In this document: positions 19,591 to 28,316 of the stretch, one piece after another
Layout: the number at the start of each line of letters is the position of its first letter
Numbering within the stretch: position 1 is the stretch's first letter
NCBI GenBank assembly: GCA_947632085.1
Contig: CANRNY010000002.1
Coordinates: forward strand, 14,151-78,150
Reading direction: 5' to 3'
DNA length: 64,000 nucleotides
Source of the DNA: an uncultured Bacilli bacterium
GTDB taxonomy: Bacteria > Bacillota_I > Bacilli_A > RF39 > UBA660
Made by a program: the position numbers and the translations under genes
The notes under the pieces: generated by a model
What the model was told of the DNA's origin: nothing
Database searches by the model: none
What the model saw: the letters and a program-made list of their open reading frames with translations, nothing else

Positions 19591-20643
19591 TTATTCTTCG
19601 TCAGTTTCGTCAGTAGTTCCTTCAGCTGCTTCTTTATCTTGATTTTGATAATAAGTTAATTCATTTTGAATATATGTAGCATATTTACTTTGAATTTCAT
19701 CATCAATAATTTCCATTTTATATTCTTTTCTTAACTCTTGTAAAGCTTCAACTTGAACAACTGAATGTGTACTTGCATACTCACTAGCTAAATCAGTTAA
19801 TATTGTATCTTTAACTTCGTCTAAAGAAGCTTTTTCTTTAGTTTCAGTTCTTAAAACAATATGGTAACCAATTTCAGTCTTAATTAAAGATTTAGAATAT
19901 TCACCATCTTTTAATTTATAAGCAGCACTTACTAATTCATCATATTCTTCAGATAATGTATCAGTATTGATTGTTCCTAAAGAACCACCTTTATCTTTAC
20001 TTGTATCATCCATTGAATATTGTTTAGCAAGTTCAGCAAATTTTGTTGCAACATCTTTGCTATCAACTTTCTTTAATTCAGCAAGAATAGAATTAATTTT
20101 ATCTTCAGCTTCTTTTTGGGCTTTCTCTTTTTCTTCATCTGTCATATCATCAGTTACATTTGGCGTAATTAAAATATGACTTACAACGATATCTGGTTTA
20201 ATTTCATCTTCATAATATTTTTTAATATCTTTATCTTTGATTTGTTTCTTACTATAGTCTTCAACAGCTAGGTTTCTTAAATAAGATAGACGTAGATATG
20301 ATTTAACATCATCCATTGAACTAAATCCTTGTTGTTGAATATAACTTTCTAAGTCATCACCATAATATTGTTCTAATGTATTTATTGTAGATTCAGCTGA
20401 TGAGTCAGCTTCATCAATACGATCACTATATATTCCTTCTAATATTTTTGAATCAACCAAATCTAGTAAAGATTGTAGTGCATAATCACTTTTCATACTT
20501 TCGTAAAGATCATTTACACTAATGTCTTGACCATCTTTCATTGTAACAACTGCTTCATCGCCGTTAGAAAGCTTAGGTATTTTACTTCCACACCCTGAAA
20601 TTAATAATAGACAAAGAGCTAGCACAATAATTTTCTTTTTCAT
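19591..20643 (-). CDS. prsA: Foldase lipoprotein PrsA (parvulin-type PPIase)
   Basis: Lipobox 'LLISGCG' and parvulin core 'VVSHILI...GGSLG...GYHIV'. Confidence 0.85.
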   Translation of the reverse strand: MKKKIIVLALCLLLISGCGSKIPKLSNGDEAVVTMKDGQDISVNDLYESMKSDYALQSLLDLVDSKILEGIYSDRIDEADSSAESTINTLEQYYGDDLESYIQQQGFSSMDDVKSYLRLSYLRNLAVEDYSKKQIKDKDIKKYYEDEIKPDIVVSHILITPNVTDDMTDEEKEKAQKEAEDKINSILAELKKVDSKDVATKFAELAKQYSMDDTSKDKGGSLGTINTDTLSEEYDELVSAAYKLKDGEYSKSLIKTEIGYHIVLRTETKEKASLDEVKDTILTDLASEYASTHSVVQVEALQELRKEYKMEIIDDEIQSKYATYIQNELTYYQNQDKEAAEGTTDETDEE

Positions 20644-20767
20644 GTTTTCCTCCTTAATACAACTTATATTATAACAACCTATATTCTAAAAAACAAGATT
20701 AACATTCACATAAATTCATTATTAACCATAGAATATTAGTGAAAAAACAAATAAAGGAGGATGGTTT

Positions 20768-20857
20768 ATGAACAATTGTGGAAATAACGCTTTGGGTCCT
20801 GCAATTATTTTAGTATTATTTATTTTATTAATTATTATAGTAGGAGCTTATATTTAG
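20768..20857 (+). CDS. Tiny hydrophobic peptide (29 aa), YjcZ/TIGR01732-like
   Basis: AAAGGAGGA RBS, then ATG 20768. Translation MNNCGNNALGPAIILVLFILLIIIVGAYI resembles the '..ALIVVLFILLIIVG' tiny TM peptides of Bacilli. Confidence 0.45.
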   Translation: MNNCGNNALGPAIILVLFILLIIIVGAYI

Positions 20858-21018
20858 TTTTTTTAAGAAAAAGAGTAAAGTTGTAAATAGTTCGTTACTG
20901 ATTATTATTCTATATATTCTAGTAGGTATTATACTATGTAACTTTATTTTTTGTTAATAAAGGAGGAAATACCTCTTTTTCTTTTTATTTTGTGATATAA
21001 TGGTTATGGTGATAGAGT

Positions 21019-23280
21019 ATGGCTAAGAAGAAAAAAACATCTAAGAAAGATGAAAAAAAAGAATTTAATTACAGTGTAGAACTAATTGGCTTACTTTTAA
21101 TTGTCATTGGAATCGTTGGGGTCGGTTTTGGTATTGTTGGGGCAATGGTTAAGCAATTTGCAATGTTTTTAGTTGGAGAATTTTGGTGGGCTATCTTAGC
21201 TTTACTTTTATTTATGGGCTTTTATATGCTTATTAAAAGAAAATTACCAAGTTTTTTCAGTTCTAAATTAGTAGGTTTATATATATTTATTTTAGTAGTA
21301 TTAGTTATGGCTCATGCTGGTTTTATTAAAAATTATGCGCCAAAAGATATTATTAATCAAACAATAACTAATTATAATTCACGTATTGATTCGTTTAAGA
21401 GTGGTTCTAGTGTATTTACGAGTGGACAAAGTAGTATTAATGTTGGAGGAGGAATTATAGGTGCAGGTTGTGCTTATGCATTAACTAGTTTGTTTGGTAA
21501 AATAGGAACAATAGTTGTCTTATTTGCTTTAGTTTTATTTGCGATAGTTATGTTATTCGATGTTGATTTAGGTGAAGCAATAGTTAACTTTAAACATAAA
21601 CTTGATGAACGTCGAGCCTTAAGAGAAAGTGAAGAAGACGAAGAAGAGGATGAAGACGAAGAAAATAATGATGAAGAAGATGTCGCTGTTTCAATTAGTG
21701 ATGATGAAATACCAATGCTTAAGAATAAGCCTGAAGTAAATCCGGCTAGCTTGGCTGCAGAACTTGATAATAAAAATATGGATTTAACAATGACGATGAA
21801 GATTCCAGAGATGACTTCAGCTTCAACTAAAGGTTTCTATACTTTACCTAGTATTAATCTTTTAGATGAAGTACCTAAGAGTAAAGTTAATAGCTCTGAA
21901 TTTACCAAAAGTAATAAGATTATCTTAGAAAGAGTTTTAAATGATTTCCAAATAAATGGTACAGTTGTAGAAATACATGTTGGACCGGCTGTTACACAAT
22001 ATGAAGTAGCTATTCCTAATGGAACAAAAGTTAGTCGTATATTAAGTATTAATAAAGAAATTGCTTTAGCATTAGCAGCTAAAGATATTCGTATTGAAGC
22101 GCCAATACCAGGTAAAAGTACAATTGGTATTGAAATACCTAATCCATCAATTAGTGCAGTTAAAATAAGAGAAGTATTAGGTAATATTCCAAAAGGACAA
22201 GAAAATTCTAAAGTATTGGTTGCTTTAGGTAAAGACTTAATGGGACGTGTTCAAACTGCGGATATTTCAAAAATGCCACACTTATTAGTAGCTGGTTCTA
22301 CTGGTTCAGGTAAATCAGTATGTATTAATAGTTTTATTGCATCAATATTAATGTTTAGAAGACCTGATGAAGTTAAATTAGTTTTAGTTGATCCAAAGAA
22401 AGTTGAACTTTCAAATTATAATGGTATTCCACATTTATTATGGCCAGTTGTTACTGATCCAAAGAAAGCTAATACAGCTTTACAAAGAGTTGTAGCTATG
22501 ATGGAAGAACGTTATGAAATGTTTAGTGATACAGGAGTTAAAAATATTGGTTCATACAATGAATGGGTTGCTGCAGAAAAAGCTAAGGATCCAACATTTG
22601 ATAAAGAACCAATGTATTACTTAGTTGTTATTATTGATGAGTTAGCTGATTTAATGTTAGTAGCTTCTAAAGAAGTTGAAGATTCAATTATGCGTATTAC
22701 TCAAATGGCTCGTGCAGCTGGTATTCACCTAATTGTTGCGACACAAAGACCAAGTACAGATGTTATTACAGGTGTTGTTAAAGCTAATATACCATCACGT
22801 ATTTCATTTGCTGTCGCATCACAAGTTGATTCAAGAACAATCTTAGATCATGCAGGAGCAGAAAAATTATTAGGTAAAGGTGATATGCTGTATCTACCTA
22901 TGGGAGAAAATAATCCGATAAGAATCCAAGGTTGTTTTATTACTGATGAAGAAATAACTAAAGTTATAGAATATGTTAGTGGTCAGCAATCAGCAACTTA
23001 TGATGATTCATTAGAAAAAGCTGCAATGGAAGAACATAATCCAGTATCGGGAGATAAAGAATCATTTGACGATCCATTATATAACGAAATATATGAGTTT
23101 GCTTTAGAAACGGGTAAAATTAGTGCTTCATTAATTCAAAGAAGATTTAGACTAGGATATAATAGAGCAGCGAGAATAGTTGACTTGTTAGAAGAAAGAG
23201 GAATTATTGGACCAGCTAATGGTTCTAAACCTCGTGAAGTATTAGTTGGTAAACAACAAACAGAAAACGTAGAAGAATAA
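21019..23280 (+). CDS. ftsK: DNA translocase FtsK/SpoIIIE
   Basis: N-terminal TM helices, acidic linker, 'LLVAGSTGSGKSVCIN', 'VVIIDELADLM', 'GIHLIVATQRPS', and winged-helix gamma domain 'LIQRRFRLGYNRAARIVDLLEERGIIGP'. Confidence 0.95.
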   Translation: MAKKKKTSKKDEKKEFNYSVELIGLLLIVIGIVGVGFGIVGAMVKQFAMFLVGEFWWAILALLLFMGFYMLIKRKLPSFFSSKLVGLYIFILVVLVMAHAGFIKNYAPKDIINQTITNYNSRIDSFKSGSSVFTSGQSSINVGGGIIGAGCAYALTSLFGKIGTIVVLFALVLFAIVMLFDVDLGEAIVNFKHKLDERRALRESEEDEEEDEDEENNDEEDVAVSISDDEIPMLKNKPEVNPASLAAELDNKNMDLTMTMKIPEMTSASTKGFYTLPSINLLDEVPKSKVNSSEFTKSNKIILERVLNDFQINGTVVEIHVGPAVTQYEVAIPNGTKVSRILSINKEIALALAAKDIRIEAPIPGKSTIGIEIPNPSISAVKIREVLGNIPKGQENSKVLVALGKDLMGRVQTADISKMPHLLVAGSTGSGKSVCINSFIASILMFRRPDEVKLVLVDPKKVELSNYNGIPHLLWPVVTDPKKANTALQRVVAMMEERYEMFSDTGVKNIGSYNEWVAAEKAKDPTFDKEPMYYLVVIIDELADLMLVASKEVEDSIMRITQMARAAGIHLIVATQRPSTDVITGVVKANIPSRISFAVASQVDSRTILDHAGAEKLLGKGDMLYLPMGENNPIRIQGCFITDEEITKVIEYVSGQQSATYDDSLEKAAMEEHNPVSGDKESFDDPLYNEIYEFALETGKISASLIQRRFRLGYNRAARIVDLLEERGIIGPANGSKPREVLVGKQQTENVEE

Positions 23281-23348
23281 ATTCTACGTTTTAAATTTGG
23301 CAAAAGAGATATTCATTGCTATAATACAAATGATTTTGAGGTGAGATA

Positions 23349-24173
23349 ATGAAAAGTTTAGTAGATTATCCGATTATAGTAAATGAAACATTCTATAAAT
23401 GTTGGCATATTTTAGAATATTTAGAAAAACATAAAGATATTAGCAAATTAGATATAGAAGCTATTCAAGCAACGATTATGGATGCTTTAGTTTATCATAA
23501 CGATATTAATCCTCAAGAAGAATTTTTATCTTTAGATAATTTAGCGATTACGAATAATCCTAATGATTATCATTATACTATGACGCCTAATGTCTGTGGA
23601 ATTCCAATGGCAATTAAAGAAGAATTAAGAAAGAAATGTCTTTATATATCAGCAGGAGTTCCAGTTACTTTATTTTTAGCTAAACCACCTAGTAAAATAA
23701 TGAGGTATTGTGTATATGATCCTAATACAGCTTTTAGTTCTATTTTTGATGATTTTACTTTTTATGAAGCAATTTATACATCACCTACAAGAGAAGTAAG
23801 ACTTACTGAATCAAGACCATTTGTCGAAGTAAAAATAAATAATGAACTATATTTAGTTGACACAATTACTAATCGAATATTTAAATCTGCTTATTTTAAA
23901 GAAAAATATGATTTAGTAGTGGTGGATATGGTTAGAAAAAGTGAATTTAATTATAGACAACAAAAATTATATGCCGAACAGACACAGGAAAGATGTAGTT
24001 TAGCAGATGTATTAATGGTTTATGAAATGAATAAAGCGATTGTAGCACCTGAATTAGCTGAACAAAATTATGAAGTAGAAAGAAGTAAAGAATTATATCC
24101 TGAGGCTTGGGAAGAATATAAACGTATACAAGAAGATATGAAATTGTTTTTTAGAAGAGATAAAAATAAATAA
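23349..24173 (+). CDS. Hypothetical cytoplasmic protein
   Basis: ORF with GAGGTGA RBS. No recognisable motif. Confidence 0.5.
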   Translation: MKSLVDYPIIVNETFYKCWHILEYLEKHKDISKLDIEAIQATIMDALVYHNDINPQEEFLSLDNLAITNNPNDYHYTMTPNVCGIPMAIKEELRKKCLYISAGVPVTLFLAKPPSKIMRYCVYDPNTAFSSIFDDFTFYEAIYTSPTREVRLTESRPFVEVKINNELYLVDTITNRIFKSAYFKEKYDLVVVDMVRKSEFNYRQQKLYAEQTQERCSLADVLMVYEMNKAIVAPELAEQNYEVERSKELYPEAWEEYKRIQEDMKLFFRRDKNK

Positions 24174-24231
24174 AGTGCTTTAATGCACTTTTTTTATGTG
24201 GTATAATTTTTATAGTATGGAGGTGTAGCAC

Positions 24232-25938
24232 ATGATATGCAGTAAATGTAAAAGCAAAGTTAAAGACAATTTATCAATATGTCCAATGTGTGGTGCACCT
24301 TTAAAAAAGAGGACTTCTAAAATATTAAAGAATAAGTATATAAAGAATAATAGTTTAAATGAAGTTGGGGGAGTTGTATCTAATAATAGTTCATTTGTTA
24401 ATTTAAAAAAGAAAAAGGTTCAACAACAAGTTAAAAGATCTGATTATTATAACTATTTAGATTATAAAGAAGCTAAAGAAAAGTTAGAAGATCAACAGTT
24501 GGCGAAATCAACAAAGTACAAAAGTAAAATCTTTACAGATGATGCACAAGAAGGTAAAGGTTTCTTTAGTGTTTTAAGAATTGAAAAAACACCAAAAAAG
24601 GTTGATTTAAACGATTATAAAAAGAGTTTAGTAGATGATAATAATCCAAAAACAGGAGCTAATAATGCAAAAATTAAGTTTGCGAAAGATAGTGCTGAAG
24701 CTTCAATTAAATCTAAAAGAATTCGTGATTATAATCAAGTTGGTAATGCGATAAAGGCAAAAAATTATGATAGTAAATTAAAAAATGAGGAACAAAGACC
24801 TGTTAATAACCAAAGAAGTTATCAACAAACTAACATAAACTTTAAACCAGAATATGAATTTAATACTAATGTTAAAAGACCACAAAAAAAGAAAGGTCAT
24901 TTAGGAGATTTTCTATCTTATATGGCAGTAATGGCAATATGGATTATTGTAGTTTTTGTTGTAATATCTGCCAATAATAAAGATTATTATTTTAGTACGG
25001 ATGAAGAACAAAATTTACAATCATATAATGGAGTTTCTAAGTCAAAACAAGAAGGTAATGTTTCAGGTCTTGGAGTTACTTCAGTAATATATGATAATCA
25101 ATATCTTAAACAAATGGTGTTTAGTAGTGTTGATGATGTTAATGAATTAATTGTTAGTGATAGTGTAAAACAAAAAGATGTATGTCCAAATGATGTTAAA
25201 GCAATTGAAAATGAAATCATAAATAATTATGAGATTGTTGCTGTTAATTTCTGTGAAATAGATAAAGAATTAGCTACAGAATTAAGAAATGTTATTGCTT
25301 ATATATATAATGAATTCCCTAATGCAAGAAACTATTTAACTAATGTTACAATTGCTAATGTAGGAGATAATGAAAATTTTATTGCTGCTTTTATGCCGGT
25401 CTTTACTTTTGCAACAAGTAATACGACTTCTGGTTATCCAGTAGCTATAAAAACGCAAATTATTTTAAATGCTAAGTATTTCTTAAATCCAACTAAACTT
25501 AAAAATTCAGTTAGTAGTGGAGATGCTAGTGGGTATTTTCCACATAATGCTAATAGTAGTAGTACAGTAGCTCATGAATTTGGTCATTATCTATCATATG
25601 TAGCAATGTTAAATTATTATAATACAAGAAAGTTAAATTATGTAACAGCAGATGAAGCTAAAACATTATATGATGTTTATGCTGATTTTAATAAAGGCAA
25701 TTTTAGTTATAAATTATTACAAGAAGCTTATGGAGAATATCAAAAAGATTATTTATCAGTTGGAACTTTTGATGATTTTAGAAAAAGTATTTCTGGATAT
25801 GCAATGGCAAAAGATAAAAATGGTAAATATATATATGATGAAACTATTGCTGAAGCATTCCATGATTATTATTTAAATGGGGAGAATGCTAAAGCAGCAA
25901 GTAAAACGATTGTTGAAGTTTTAAGAAGTAAATTATAG
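24232..25938 (+). CDS. Zinc-ribbon / single-TM / extracytoplasmic HExxH metalloprotease-like protein
   Basis: N-terminal 'CSKCKSKVKDNLSICPMCGAP', basic linker, TM 'FLSYMAVMAIWIIVVFVVISA', zincin motif 'TVAHEFGHYLSY'. Confidence 0.6.
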   Translation: MICSKCKSKVKDNLSICPMCGAPLKKRTSKILKNKYIKNNSLNEVGGVVSNNSSFVNLKKKKVQQQVKRSDYYNYLDYKEAKEKLEDQQLAKSTKYKSKIFTDDAQEGKGFFSVLRIEKTPKKVDLNDYKKSLVDDNNPKTGANNAKIKFAKDSAEASIKSKRIRDYNQVGNAIKAKNYDSKLKNEEQRPVNNQRSYQQTNINFKPEYEFNTNVKRPQKKKGHLGDFLSYMAVMAIWIIVVFVVISANNKDYYFSTDEEQNLQSYNGVSKSKQEGNVSGLGVTSVIYDNQYLKQMVFSSVDDVNELIVSDSVKQKDVCPNDVKAIENEIINNYEIVAVNFCEIDKELATELRNVIAYIYNEFPNARNYLTNVTIANVGDNENFIAAFMPVFTFATSNTTSGYPVAIKTQIILNAKYFLNPTKLKNSVSSGDASGYFPHNANSSSTVAHEFGHYLSYVAMLNYYNTRKLNYVTADEAKTLYDVYADFNKGNFSYKLLQEAYGEYQKDYLSVGTFDDFRKSISGYAMAKDKNGKYIYDETIAEAFHDYYLNGENAKAASKTIVEVLRSKL

Positions 25939-25948
25939 GAGGGATAAG

Positions 25949-27550
25949 ATGAAGAAGATACTTTATTTATTGATTATAAGTTTATGCTTTATGACAACAT
26001 CTTATGCCTTTGACATTGATATTAATAAAATAGATATTAATTCTAAAAGTAATGAATTAATTAATGGCTTAAATAAAACTTATAATATTGAAATTAATGA
26101 TTTTGATAAAAGAATTATTAATGATGATAAAATAAATAATCTAGCTAAAGAATTAGTAAAAGAAACTTTAAGTGATAAAAGTTTTGATGAATTATATGAA
26201 TTATTTAGTAAGAAATATTTATATACTAGTGAAGATAATGGGGCTGATACTTTATCGGGAGCATTATTTATTAAAATGTATTTAGAAATGGTTAAAGAAA
26301 AAGATATTCAAGCTGATTATATTAAAGAAATTAGAACGATTACATTTAAAGAAAATGATGCTTTATCTTTTGTCTTTTTAGAAGATGCAAAAGTAGATGG
26401 TCAAACGGAAGATTTAATTTTAGCTTTTTGGTTAAAAGAAAGTAAAGGCGAATATAAATTATTTTTTCCTTGGTTAACTTATGATAAAGATTTACAAAAT
26501 TATTACAATGAAGTAGCTTTAAAAGAAGAAAAAGGCGAAGTAATTGGGGGAACTTTTAATAAGTTATCATTAGATGATCAAACTGAAGTTAGAACAATAG
26601 ATGAAAATAAGTTAAATGAATTTTATAATAATAATAAACTAAGTAATGTTAGTATAACGGGAATGAATGAAAATGGAATTAATTTAACTGGTAGTGGATT
26701 TGTTATTAGAGAAGGAATAGTTGCTACTACTTGGTCTAATTTTTTAAAATTCTTAAATGATAGTAATTATGTATATGTTACGGATGCTTTAGGTAATACT
26801 TATCAAATTAAAGGTGTAGTAGCTGCAGAAGCTAATTATGATATTGTTTTATTAAAATTAGAAAAAGAAGTATTAACAAAAGTTAAAATAGGTAATAGTA
26901 GTGAACTTAAAACGAATGATGATATTTTAATGATAAATAGTAAATCAAATAAGAATTTTAGTGTTAGTTATGGGACTTTAATTAACGAAGAAAATGGCAG
27001 AATGGAAAATTTACTAAGTTTAAGTGATAGTGATGTTGGTAGTGCTTTATATAATATTAATGGTCAAGTTATAGGATTTGCTGTTGCTGATAGTTTAAAT
27101 GCTGATTTTTCTTATGCTAATAGTACAGATTATCTAAAGAATATTCAAAGTATTTTAACATTACAAAACTTTAATGATATAACAGCGACTTCACTAGAGA
27201 ATTTTAAAATGAGTTATTATCGTAATGTAAATGAAGAAGAAGTAAAATATAATAATACAGGTAAGAAATCTGGTGAATATAAACAAGTTGGTAATGTTTT
27301 AAAAAATATTGATCTACCGTTAATTAAAGCTTCATTTAAAGATAATATTTTAAGTTTAAGATATAAAAACGAAGCAACAGGAATGATAGATGCTATGTAT
27401 TTAGTTTCAAATTATACTAAAGTCTTAGAAGATGACGGCTATGAAAAAACATATGATAGAAATAATAAACAAGTATATATTGGTGATAAATATAAAGTAG
27501 TAATTAAAAATAATTTAGATTATTTAATTATATTAATTATGGAGAAATAG
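25949..27550 (+). CDS. Secreted protein with trypsin/HtrA-like (S1) fold domain, probably non-catalytic
   Basis: Signal-like 'MKKILYLLIISLCFMTTSYA'. 'GSGFVIREGIVATTWSNF', 'YDIVLLKLEK' and 'SDSDVGSALYNINGQVIGF' align to HtrA blocks, but the His position and probably the Ser position are substituted. Confidence 0.5.
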   Translation: MKKILYLLIISLCFMTTSYAFDIDINKIDINSKSNELINGLNKTYNIEINDFDKRIINDDKINNLAKELVKETLSDKSFDELYELFSKKYLYTSEDNGADTLSGALFIKMYLEMVKEKDIQADYIKEIRTITFKENDALSFVFLEDAKVDGQTEDLILAFWLKESKGEYKLFFPWLTYDKDLQNYYNEVALKEEKGEVIGGTFNKLSLDDQTEVRTIDENKLNEFYNNNKLSNVSITGMNENGINLTGSGFVIREGIVATTWSNFLKFLNDSNYVYVTDALGNTYQIKGVVAAEANYDIVLLKLEKEVLTKVKIGNSSELKTNDDILMINSKSNKNFSVSYGTLINEENGRMENLLSLSDSDVGSALYNINGQVIGFAVADSLNADFSYANSTDYLKNIQSILTLQNFNDITATSLENFKMSYYRNVNEEEVKYNNTGKKSGEYKQVGNVLKNIDLPLIKASFKDNILSLRYKNEATGMIDAMYLVSNYTKVLEDDGYEKTYDRNNKQVYIGDKYKVVIKNNLDYLIILIMEK

Positions 27551-27552
27551 CT

Positions 27553-28068
27553 ATGAAGAAAAAATGGTTATTGATATTATTATTTGTTTTAGGAGTAGCT
27601 GCATTAGGAGGACTTTATCATTCTTATAGTATGAAAATAAAAGCTTATGATAATGATAATTTTAAGATAAGTTATGATAGTACATGGAAGATAAAAGATG
27701 AAGATAATGGGTTAACATTAGAACATAAAAAATCACATAGTATAGTAAGAATTCAATGTAAAATATTAGATACTAATTATATCGATACACCTTTAAGTGA
27801 TTTAATTAGTGATATAATTGATAGTATTGAAAAACAAAATAAGGATTATGAATTAATTAGTTCAGCTAATATAACTGATAAATATGAAAGTTATTCTTTT
27901 CTGTATGAAAAGAATATGAAGCAAGCTTTAGTTAATGTTTATAAAAAGGATACGAAATTAATAATAGCTTTTTATGAAGCTGATAGTGAATATTATGATA
28001 TTGTTTTAGATAGTGTTGATACAATGTTAGATTCTTTAGAAATTATTGTGGGAGAAAAAGTAAATTAA
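27553..28068 (+). CDS. Small membrane-anchored hypothetical protein
   Basis: N-terminal 'KKWLLILLFVLGVAALGGLY'. Starts 2 nt after the preceding stop, so it is coupled. Confidence 0.5.
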   Translation: MKKKWLLILLFVLGVAALGGLYHSYSMKIKAYDNDNFKISYDSTWKIKDEDNGLTLEHKKSHSIVRIQCKILDTNYIDTPLSDLISDIIDSIEKQNKDYELISSANITDKYESYSFLYEKNMKQALVNVYKKDTKLIIAFYEADSEYYDIVLDSVDTMLDSLEIIVGEKVN

Positions 28069-28088
28069 CGTCAAGTTAATTTATTTTT

Positions 28089-28118
28089 TTGACTTTTTAA
28101 ATAAGTTACGCATATAAT
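28089..28118 (+). promoter_or_regulatory. Sigma-A-type promoter of the glmS leader
   Basis: TTGACT (28089-28094), 18-nt spacer, TATAAT (28113-28118). Confidence 0.55.
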
Positions 28119-28157
28119 GAAGTATAAAACTTAAATTAGAAAGGTAGTAAATTTAAG

Positions 28158-28290
28158 TTAGCGCCAGGTCCTTTTATGGATGACGAGGTTAGTAAGATTC
28201 GAAAGATTCGGCGGGTATTACTACGTAAGATTGGAAACGTTAGAATTATTCAAAAAGCAAAATCAAGATTGTAACAAATAATAATTCTCC
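28158..28290 (+). promoter_or_regulatory. glmS ribozyme (GlcN6P-responsive self-cleaving leader)
   Basis: 'AGCGCCAGG' cleavage-site core at 28160, 'GACGAGG' and 'TTCGAAAGATTCGGCGGG' match conserved glmS ribozyme segments. It lies directly upstream of glmS. The 3' boundary is approximate. Confidence 0.85.
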
Positions 28291-28316
28291 ATATTTTTTA
28301 GTATGGAGGAATTTTT

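Noticed and set aside
19967-20179. 70-aa + strand ORF antisense to prsA
   Set aside because: It lies inside the confident prsA gene on the other strand. S/L/F-rich artefact.
25652-25876. 74-aa off-frame ORF in the HExxH membrane protein gene
   Set aside because: A nested alternative frame with no independent signals.
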